Source: Octopus bimaculoides
Lineage: Eukaryota
Length of the DNA: 64,000 bases
Direction of reading: 5' to 3'
Assembly (NCBI RefSeq): GCF_001194135.2
Contig: NC_068981.1
Span: 55,673,471 to 55,737,470 of the forward strand
How positions within the stretch are numbered: position 1 is the stretch's first letter; every line of letters begins with the position of its first letter. Below the pieces are notes generated by a model. That model was given only the letters and a program-made list of their open reading frames with translations. It searched no databases and was not told the origin of the DNA. A program made the translations under genes and the position numbers. This document shows, piece by piece, positions 50,101-59,874 of this stretch.

Positions 50101-51138
50101 TAAGGAATAATGAAGTGTTAATATGAAAGATTATTTTTAAAAAGATATATGACTACAAATATGGGAAGAATAGTCAGAAAGAGCTCAGAATCTATTTACA
50201 GAGAAAAGACCCACGGATATACAAATGCTGTGGAAATAGATGATGAGGATAATTGATGTGGATCTTGGAATGGAAAAGACCTTCCAAGAAGATCACTGGC
50301 CACTATATAAAGCTTTGCAGTTAATGACTAGAACATCCTACAATTATAATTGCTTCCACTCGATCGAAGCAAACAAAAATGCACATATCTACACCTTAAC
50401 ATGCAAAGTAAACGGTAAATTACTTCATTTGACCCAAACTTTCATTGTCTCCTCATACATAACCAAATCAATTCTAGGAAATAAATCAGTGTGTGCGTTT
50501 GTGTGTAAATCTAGTGTCAAAACGAAATTGTAAAATGTGAAAATCGGACGATGGTGAACCTATTATGGACAATGAAAAATTACATCGTTGAGAAAGACAC
50601 GGAATATAAAACGTTTCGATTAATAAAGAAAGAGTTGAAATAAATAGATCAAATAAAATACATTTCTTGAAAACTAAATATTATTTTACTATGAAACAAA
50701 GTAAAATGGAGACTTTGGTAATGGAATTATGCATGAAGTTTTAAATCATTCATTTCATTTTGTTGATCCGACGATTCGAGTGTTCGTAAACAACGATACC
50801 TATTACAATGAAATGTAAATAAAAGATGTGACGATTATGCGGGAGAGTAATAATTCTTTATGTATCAGCATAAACACATGTGAAGAGCTAAATTTAGTAA
50901 CCAACATGTTCTTGAGAATGTCATTCAATACGAACAAGTTCCATTACATTTATCTTTATTTGTATTGATTCAATCCGAGAATGAAAAGAAAGAAGTCAAA
51001 ATAAAGAGATAAAAGCCCCTACTTTCACACTTAAAAAACCAAGATAGTACATGGCATAGGAATGGTGTAGATGAAGTAGAAATGTAAATATAAAAGATAC
51101 AATTTTGAGAGAAGAAATATCTAAAATATAATAGCGAT

Positions 51139-51430
51139 ACTTACACTATGCAGTTAAATGAAATAATGAGATGTACTGAAGTCAGACTTTAAATCAGCGA
51201 GGATAAATTCACCAGAACATTCAACTACTTCTCTGTTTTCTTCTCATTACTGAACAGTTTTTTAAATTCAACTACGGTAGTTGATTGACTATTACTAAGA
51301 CTGAATAAATATAGAGAAATAATATATCAACAATGTTTATAAATTGTAAACGAACGAGGATGACATAACGGAAGTATCATTGACTGTAGAGGAAGAACCG
51401 GTAAAACTGGCCTCTGTGCATTAGAGAGTG
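51139..51430 (-). promoter_or_regulatory. Predicted promoter and non-coding exon 1 of ZF6 (exon ends 51145); ETS-type CGGAAGT at 51369-51375
   Basis: gcatagt|gtaagtatcgctattatattttag; homologous to the ZF5/ZF7 first exons. Confidence 0.7.
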
Positions 51431-52379
51431 ATATACATGCTGAAGTTTTTGTTTCTCGTCAGTCACTCTTATTAGGACTATAGTATTCTAGATTTGTCTC
51501 CGTCTTCCTGTCTTTTTTTCCGGCAATATGTTTAGAGCTTCGTTTTCTGGTGTGGCTTTCCTTGTTTAATTTGAAGATATTCTTCAACCAGCATATCTAT
51601 AGTCAAAAGTGGTCCAGCTCTGTCCATCTCTTTTTCCAAAGTACCTAAGTGTATTACAAAATGCACTCCCCTTTCTCTTTTTCTTTTTTAAAACAAAAGC
51701 TGTTTGAGTGACGATCACAGGTTGTTTTATCGTCATACTGATCAGAAAATCTTTCGCACTGACATTTCTTAATTATTCTGTCATAGTGTGTCTGACTGTG
51801 CTCTACCCATGCCAGTTAATTGGTTACTTTGAAGTCCAGAATTTACATTGGTTTGCTGGTTCTCAATTCAGAGTGATACAATCATTAACTATGTCAGTAC
51901 CATCGTTCATTTCCTCTATTAATTTGTTGGACATCTCATATTCCAATGATTACCTTAACCTCTTCTCCAACTTTTACTAACTCATTGATTCCTACTCCTA
52001 CCTTAATTTCTCTTCTTTTTCTTCATCACATCAAATCAGCTATCCCCTTATTTGGTTAAATTCTGAAGCTGAGTTTAACCAAATGCTCCACTTTCTCATA
52101 CGTAGCTAAATCCCATTTGCCATCAAGGAAGTTGAGCTATTGCACCTCTGGCCTTTTCTCCATACCTGTCCAACTGTAATGTCAGTTTTCATCTTTCATT
52201 AATTGATGCTGAAATACCTTTAAAAAAATATCACCTTAAACATTATTATAAATTTAGAGCTTGGTATAATCTTCTAACTTGCCAGCTTCTTTCAAACTGT
52301 CGAACCCATGATGATGAATTTCTAAGTATGTTCATATATTTCGGATAGATATTTATAAATAATAAAAAACTACATCCAT

Positions 52380-52685
52380 CTCTCACAGTTAAGTATGGCT
52401 TGCTATCAGAGTGTGTCATGCTTTTGCTAATACTTTTAGTTGTTCAGTCACAAGCAGACACAGATATCCTCTCAACATTCCTATCCTTAACAGAGCAGAG
52501 CATCCCAAATGTGTCAGCTGGATGCAAAAAAGAGCTCCACCAGCATTTGGCTGGTACGTTTCAATCTGTCTCGAAAAAATTAACACCAAAGGTGACTTCA
52601 ACAGGATTTGAACTTGGAGCTCAGAGGGTCAGAACAAATATTGTAATACATTCTACCTGACATGCTAACTGATCTGCCAGTTTTG
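52380..52685 (-). mobile_element. tRNA-derived SINE, degenerate
   Basis: Minus strand aactggcagatcagttagcatg…agttcaaatcc (B-box-like)…gtaccagccaaatgctgg. Confidence 0.65.
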
Positions 52686-53129
52686 GTTAGGTATGAAATG
52701 TGGATTTGAGTTTCTTAAAATTACCTACAGCTGTATGTTTACATTTGATATACATTAATAAGGTATGTCTTAATTCAGTAAAATATAGAAACAATCTTAG
52801 CTACCATATTTTCAACAGTATAAATGTACCATTTTAATTGGAAAATCTTGCTGACCACTACATTTATATTTAGAGAATGATCAGAATAAAATGATAGTGC
52901 ATTCTTTGAAAAAGTGATAAGAAACAACCTACAAATCAATATATTTTAAGATTCTATTTTAATGAGATTGCATAATTTTCTACAATTATATATTCTCATA
53001 CAGAGTGAGTTTCACAAATACTGAATTAACTATTTGAATGTTCTAGTAGATACATTGTCATTCAGTGGAGTTTTGTTATGGTTTACTTAAGCATCATTTT
53101 GTCATCTATTTATGATGCTCACATATCAT

Positions 53130-53645
53130 CCTCTCAAATAAATATGAACAGTATGCAACTAGAACTGTTGAGGTTGTTACAACTGTTAGACCTTCTTATC
53201 ACTCCTGCACATTTTCAATACAGTCAAAGATTTGTCTTCTTTTTCAAGACTAGAAAATACTTCACTCCATCTCCCATCTACTACAACCCCTCTCAAAGCT
53301 TGAATGAAACATTGCTTCCGCAACTGGGATGGTGCTGTTGCTATTACACATACATTTTAGACCACATCCAAAGAAAGGCCAGCCAACTGTTGCCATTAAG
53401 TTGTTCACTAACACATTCCAACTTCAAGCTTACAGACATGTTCTCCTCTCTGCTTTTTCTCCTACTACAGTGAACTCTATACTTCAAAACACTCAGGTAC
53501 ACAACTGACTTAGCTTTTGTTCTTGTTACCATAATAGAAACCTTCTTCAGAACAAGTCCTCTGGAATTCCCTCCTTGAACATTTTTCCTGCAGCTGTTAA
53601 CTTGCAACTATTTAAAAGAAACATTAACTGTATCAATCTCATATG
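53130..53645 (+). mobile_element. Decayed L2/CR1-group LINE 3' end
   Basis: ILDHIQRKASQL (ORF 53078-53473) and WNSLP-like…IFPAAVNLQLFKRNIN. Confidence 0.65.
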
Positions 53646-54024
53646 TCTTGGAGAGCAAAGCCCTTTAATCTAGACCAATTAAATAAAAAAAAGGGAAAGA
53701 AAACATACTTTCATTTATATTATCTATTGTAGGAGTTTGATACTGTGCACAGAGAAAGGTATACAAAATATATAGGAATAATATGGCAAATTGAGAGAGG
53801 ATAGGTACTTCAAATGCTTGAAATGTAAATGAGTAATTATCAGTAACACATACATTAAATGTACTGCTAGTCAAATACTGTGCATATAAAAGACATAATG
53901 GGATCTCAGAAAGATCGCCAGTATGGAATAATGAACATGACAGTAAAGTGATAAAATCCAAACAAATTAATTTATTTTAAAATATATAATTTGTAGAAAA
54001 CATCTGACTAGAGATAATGTACAT

Positions 54025-55008
54025 TTATGGTTTCTCTCCTGTGTGGGTTCGTTTATGTTTAGTTAAATTATCACTTCTAGAAAATGTTTCATCACAGATA
54101 TCACAGTGGTATGGTTTTTCACCTGTATGAATACGTTTGTGTCGAGCAAAATGACTGTTTTGTGAGAATGTTTTACCACAAATATCACAGTGGTATGGTC
54201 TTACTCCTGTGTGAATACGAACGTGGCGAGACAAATTAGCACTTCCGGAACATGTTTTACCACAAATATCACAGTCATAAGGTCTTTCTTCTGTGTGAAT
54301 GCGTTTGTGACGAGTCAACTCAAAACTTCCAGAGTATGTCTTACCACAAATATCACAGTAATATGGTCTTTTTCCTGTGTGAATGCGTTTATGGGAAGCT
54401 AAAGTACTAGATATGGAGAATGATTTGCCACAGACATCACAATGATATGGTTTTTCCCCTGTATGAATACGTTTATGGGTCACTAAATTACTGGTTACAG
54501 AGAATGCCTTACCACAGACATCACAACAGTATGGTTTCTCTCTGGTGTGAGTGCGTTTGTGGGCAACTAAGTGACCATTCTCAGAAAAAGCTTTACCACA
54601 GTCATCACAATGGTATGGTTTCTCTCCTGTGTGAACACGTATGTGTCGAGAGAAACTATCTTTCTGGGAGAAATTTTTACCACAAATATCACAGTGGTAT
54701 GGTTTTCTTCCTGTATGAATATGTTTGTGTCGAGAGAAATTACTACTTTGAGAAAATGATTTACCACAAATATCACAGTGGTATGGTTTCTCTCCTGTGG
54801 GAATACACTCATGGGAAGCTAAAGTACTACCTTCTGAGAATATTTTACCACAAATATCACAGGAGTGAATTTCTTTTCCTGCATCAGCACATTTATGGCT
54901 TGTAGTGAATAGCTTTCCACATTTATCACAAGGGTGTGGTTTCACTTCTGTATTTTCCTGTGTCTGATTAGATGACTCAGTAGTTTCATGTTCTGATTTT
55001 TCATCCAT
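54025..55008 (-). CDS. ZF7: poly-C2H2 zinc-finger protein, 327 aa, 2 degenerate plus 9 canonical fingers
   Basis: Intact ORF; leader MDEKSEHETTESSNQTQENTEVK; leading finger has a 15-bp deletion. Confidence 0.9.
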   Translation of the reverse strand: MDEKSEHETTESSNQTQENTEVKPHPCDKCGKLFTTSHKCADAGKEIHSCDICGKIFSEGSTLASHECIPTGEKPYHCDICGKSFSQSSNFSRHKHIHTGRKPYHCDICGKNFSQKDSFSRHIRVHTGEKPYHCDDCGKAFSENGHLVAHKRTHTREKPYCCDVCGKAFSVTSNLVTHKRIHTGEKPYHCDVCGKSFSISSTLASHKRIHTGKRPYYCDICGKTYSGSFELTRHKRIHTEERPYDCDICGKTCSGSANLSRHVRIHTGVRPYHCDICGKTFSQNSHFARHKRIHTGEKPYHCDICDETFSRSDNLTKHKRTHTGEKP

Positions 55009-55404
55009 TTTTTTCTTTTTAATCTATATTGTTTATGTATGATGGTCTTTGTTCAACTCGAAGAGTGTCAGGTCTTAAGAAAGAACTTCAAGTGGATTTA
55101 TTTGAATTGAACCTTGACATTAAAAGCCAACAACTAAATGGTTATTAAATTATCTCTAGTTAACAATCATATCTAGATATCAAAGTCATTACATGAGAGA
55201 AGTAAAGCTTCATGGTAAATCTCCAATGTTTAATAGGAAGAGAGAATCTTCTGGTAGAAATTTGTAAAAGAATTCTTGCAATTTTTCACATCCATTCAGC
55301 CAAGAATTGTAGATACTTGCTGACTTCAGCTTGAAATTAATTTCGATTTTCTGTAGTTGTTAAATGTGCTGGTAATGTTACGTGAAATATTTTAATTTCA
55401 ATGT

Positions 55405-55435
55405 CATCTGATAACCTGCAATAAAAGACAACAAA
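55405..55435 (-). promoter_or_regulatory. Predicted splice acceptor of ZF7 (AG 55417-55416; exon starts 55415)
   Basis: gttgtcttttattgcag|GTTATCAGATG on the minus strand. Confidence 0.75.
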
Positions 55436-55653
55436 AGATATATGGAACAAGGAAGAGTTAACATTGAAGTGAAGATATTGAGTACATGTACAGAAATCTA
55501 TGACAAGTCAGAACATATTTACATAGAAAAGAAACTTTGATATTTAGATGCAGCAGAAATGAATAGCAAAGACTGAGGGTGTGGATCTTGAAATGATGAC
55601 CCTAGTGACCACTGGTCACAATACTGAACTGTGTATTGTGTTACTACAACTAT

Positions 55654-55882
55654 TTAACCCTTTTGTTACCATATTTGTCAATTTCTATTGAAATACACTG
55701 CTTTGTTTCAAATTCTTAAAATAATGAACTTAACAGAATATCTTGGTCATTATGAAGCTGGCATTTGGAACATAAATTTGCATAAAATTTTGAAGGAAGA
55801 TTTTAATTTAAACTCCTTTTAAACAAGATGTTAGAATCATAGAACCAGGGCAGTTTCAGAAGGGTTGATACCAAAAAGTTAA
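55654..55882 (+). mobile_element. piggyBac-like MITE (TTAA ends), copy 1
   Basis: TTAA-CCCTTT … AAAAAG-TTAA; homologous in inverted orientation to 56085-56313. Confidence 0.72.
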
Positions 55883-56084
55883 ATTATTACAAATTTAATA
55901 AACAAAAACATATGTAACAGATGCAAAATGGATAACTTTACTTGGTTGAAACTTTTATTGTCTGTCTCTTCAGATATATCCTACTCAATTCCAGAATATA
56001 AAACGTTTTTGTCTTATAACAACTGGACGACTATGTACTTGATTGAAGTTTCCAAAATTCACAACAATTAAGTTCTCTTCTTAA

Positions 56085-56313
56085 TTAACTCTTTTACTAC
56101 CAACCTGCTCATGGCTGCCCTGGATCTATGATACAAACTTCTCGTTTAAAAGTGATATAAATTAAAACTTTCCATCAAAATTTAGTGTTGATTTATGTTC
56201 CAAACATCACTTTAATAACAGAAAAGTTGTTTCAGTAAATACTTCATTACTTTCAATATTAATTGATACAGAGGAAGTATATTTCAACAGAAATTTTGTA
56301 ATAAAAGGGTTTT
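56085..56313 (-). mobile_element. piggyBac-like MITE, copy 2 (inverted)
   Basis: Shared blocks tttggaacataaat, tcatag..ccagggcag and aaattttga.ggaa on the opposite strand. Confidence 0.72.
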
Positions 56314-57659
56314 CTGAATGCCATTGAAACATTCAAAAACAACTGTACTCATGTTTGCTAGATTTCTTTCCAAAAGAAGTCTTCCATATAAGTAATTTAC
56401 TGTATAATCAACAAAAGTAGATTATACTGCATATATCTATCTGGATTGCATCTATAAAAGTATCATTTGTTATCATTTTTATCAATTGACATTTCTAATA
56501 CTGACCAAGCTCCAACAGATATGGTATTGTCAGTCTTCATTCACAGAAGGCCATGTCAAGTATTGAAACTGATGGTAACTCCCTATAGCTTCTCAAACAC
56601 TAAATTGCTTTTACAACTACACAACTTACAAAAATCATATGTATAACTGAATTTTTCATTTCAAATTCCAGTTAGAATTGTTTGCCAAACTTGATTTGTT
56701 TCTGTATTATTAATCACTAATAGTATGAATATCAACAAAGCATATTTATTTCCAGTTATCGCTTGTGAGATAATTCTATGAAGAAACAATTCAGTCTGCC
56801 TTGAGACTGTTCATATACAAGCAGTAGAAATACGTTACATGTGGTTTCAAAATCTTAGAAAAGAATTATAACACTGTTGTTTGCTATTAGGCTGGATTTA
56901 GAGTTTTGATTTTAGATCCGAACGATATCCCCCAAAGTTAACGCAGCACTATTCGATATAGTTTTCCTGAGATTTCCTCAATTGTTATTTATCTCATTAA
57001 CATAGGTTTCTGTCCAAGTAGTTTCTATTATTCAAAAATCTTTTTCTCACACAAATATTAAAAGTTCAGTATCCAATAATCACACATTATCACAATATAT
57101 CATCTATGCTAATAGATTTTGTTTTCCCACTTGTATTTACAGTATCATCTGTCAATTGTATAGCAGGATACCACCTGAAAGGTTAAGCCGAAATGTAGCA
57201 GAACCAGTTACAACCACAAATTAATGCACTTCACAGTGACTAGAACTCCACTGGCTTAACCCTGAAACTATCGGTGCCTGTCTTAACAGAAAATAGTAAG
57301 GCTTTGCACTGATGTACAAACCAAGCAAGCAAGAACTACCAATTACCGGTTTGGGATCTCAGGTATTGATGGAATACAATAGTAAAGTACACGAAGTCTC
57401 GTAATATGTGCTTACCCAAAGTGTGCAACCTCGCATCGACAGACTATCACCCAGGGCAAATACCGTCGATGTCTACCCGTATGTACACATATACGGAGTA
57501 ATTATTCATATAGTAATGTTGATGGCTAAGACTAATTCCATCGTTTTTCCATGTCGGTGATTGTAGAATCACCGGCAAAGAGCGGACCATCGAGGAGAGA
57601 AAGACAGACTGCAAAGATTCGAGAAGAGAAGAAAAAACTCAGAACCAGATCAGTTAAAG

Positions 57660-57818
57660 TTTAGACAGTGTCATGTGACAACTTGCTAGGGCAGCCTGCT
57701 GGAGCCTAGCAGCAGGTATAAAAAGGGGAATTTGACAAGACAGTCAGTCGGACGCTGACGCTGCATCGAAGAGGCCAGGGAATAGAAGAAAGAAGACATG
57801 CACCCAACACCAGAGCTG
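57660..57818 (+). mobile_element. Unclassified TATA-containing repeat, copy 2, running into an assembly gap (ZF7 intron 1, antisense)
   Basis: Near-identical to 39837-40005 reversed; TATA at 57717-57724. Confidence 0.6.
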
Positions 57819-58694
57819 NNNNNNNNNNNNNNNNNNNNNNNNNNNNNNNNNNNNNNNNNNNNNNNNNNNNNNNNNNNNNNNNNNNNNNNNNNNNNNNNNN
57901 NNNNNNNNNNNNNNNNNNNNNNNNNNNNNNNNNNNNNNNNNNNNNNNNNNNNNNNNNNNNNNNNNNNNNNNNNNNNNNNNNNNNNNNNNNNNNNNNNNNN
58001 NNNNNNNNNNNNNNNNNNNNNNNNNNNNNNNNNNNNNNNNNNNNNNNNNNNNNNNNNNNNNNNNNNNNNNNNNNNNNNNNNNNNNNNNNNNNNNNNNNNN
58101 NNNNNNNNNNNNNNNNNNNNNNNNNNNNNNNNNNNNNNNNNNNNNNNNNNNNNNNNNNNNNNNNNNNNNNNNNNNNNNNNNNNNNNNNNNNNNNNNNNNN
58201 NNNNNNNNNNNNNNNNNNNNNNNNNNNNNNNNNNNNNNNNNNNNNNNNNNNNNNNNNNNNNNNNNNNNNNNNNNNNNNNNNNNNNNNNNNNNNNNNNNNN
58301 NNNNNNNNNNNNNNNNNNNNNNNNNNNNNNNNNNNNNNNNNNNNNNNNNNNNNNNNNNNNNNNNNNNNNNNNNNNNNNNNNNNNNNNNNNNNNNNNNNNN
58401 NNNNNNNNNNNNNNNNNNNNNNNNNNNNNNNNNNNNNNNNNNNNNNNNNNNNNNNNNNNNNNNNNNNNNNNNNNNNNNNNNNNNNNNNNNNNNNNNNNNN
58501 NNNNNNNNNNNNNNNNNNNNNNNNNNNNNNNNNNNNNNNNNNNNNNNNNNNNNNNNNNNNNNNNNNNNNNNNNNNNNNNNNNNNNNNNNNNNNNNNNNNN
58601 NNNNNNNNNNNNNNNNNNNNNNNNNNNNNNNNNNNNNNNNNNNNNNNNNNNNNNNNNNNNNNNNNNNNNNNNNNNNNNNNNNNNNNNNNNNNNN
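57819..58694. other. Assembly gap (876 N)
   Basis: N run. Confidence 1.
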
Positions 58695-59076
58695 TAGTAA
58701 AAGAAAATGTCAGCAGGCGAATGAAAAACATGGATTAGCGTGACGATGCCAACGGCTGCTTTGACAGCACCTTGAGACAAAGAGAGAAAATACCTGTTAT
58801 TAATATCATACCAACATATCATTTAACACTTTTATCCTTTTGTTTATCTTTTACAACGTAAATCGCTGATTATATTTAAATAGTTAAAAAAAAATAATAG
58901 ATGAGGACCGAAAGAATTGCAAAATATGAAACATTTCCGAAAACTTGATTAACTATAAAGAGACAAAAAAAAAAAAACAGGATCTGGTAGAGAGCGGGAA
59001 TGATGAAAATGGAGTAAAAATGCAAATATAAAATAGTAAGTTTCTATAAAAGAAATACTTAAAATATTTTAATGAT

Positions 59077-59390
59077 ACTTACATAATAATGTAGTTAGAA
59101 GATAAAATAATGCGAGCAGTATTGAGTAGCTAGACTTGCAAATTGATGAGAATATCGAGAGATTTAACCAATTCCTTCAGGTACCACTTACAAGATATAT
59201 CTATTTCTTTTTGCCTTATGAACAATCTTTTATTTTAACTAGAGCAGTTAATTTGTTATTATTAAAGCAGTGTAAAGAGAAAGCACTATACCTAACAATG
59301 TTTAAAGATTTAGCAGCGGATGACATAGCGGAAGTGACATTGAACATAGGGGAAGAATTCAACTCCAATCAGTAGAGAGTGTTACAACAA
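59077..59390 (-). promoter_or_regulatory. Predicted promoter and non-coding exon 1 of ZF7 (exon ends 59083); ETS-type CGGAAGT at 59329-59335
   Basis: ctacattattat|gtaagtatcattaaaatatttt; homologous to the ZF5/ZF6 first exons. Confidence 0.68.
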
Positions 59391-59734
59391 CAGAAATCTA
59401 ACCATGTGCATCAGGATTACATTAGCCTTTCTGTTTTTAAGACAATGTGTAGATTGAAGCAAATCTGGGCGAAAGTAAAGAATACGTACACTCGGCGTTT
59501 AATGTTTAGGGTAAGGGTTTTTGTTATGCCGAAAACGAGTGGTGTACGTATTCGTTACCTCCGCCCAAATCAGTAATAGTTTAAGTGGCTACGTAGGTTT
59601 CTTCATCACAAAGGTCAAATTTTTTTAATACTTTTCGTCTCGAAAGATGGAGCTAATGCAGTTTCGCACCTCTTCTTGAAAAATGCATGTTTTTCAAAAA
59701 GATTTGGCAAGACTTCCTTTTACCCCCCCCCCCC

Positions 59735-59750
59735 NNNNNNNNNNNNNNNN
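59735..59750. other. Assembly gap (16 N) between poly-C and poly-A runs
   Basis: N run. Confidence 1.
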
Positions 59751-59874
59751 AAAAAAAAAATAAATAAGCATATCTATATGCTTATTGAATTAAAAATTTT
59801 GAAAACGTGGTTTCTGACATATTCGGAATTTCCGTCATCTAAAACATAAGGAAAAAAAATTTGGCAATGATCCT

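Noticed and set aside
520-54905. Many 60-190 aa shadow ORFs overlapping the ZF CDSs (e.g. 48570-49136 +, 54420-54905 +, 14623-14937 -)
   Set aside because: By-products of the 84-bp periodicity and codon usage of C2H2 arrays; they repeat the same YHRYH/NTFV patterns.
57686-58822. ORFs of 299-378 aa across the large gap
   Set aside because: Composed of N-derived X residues.
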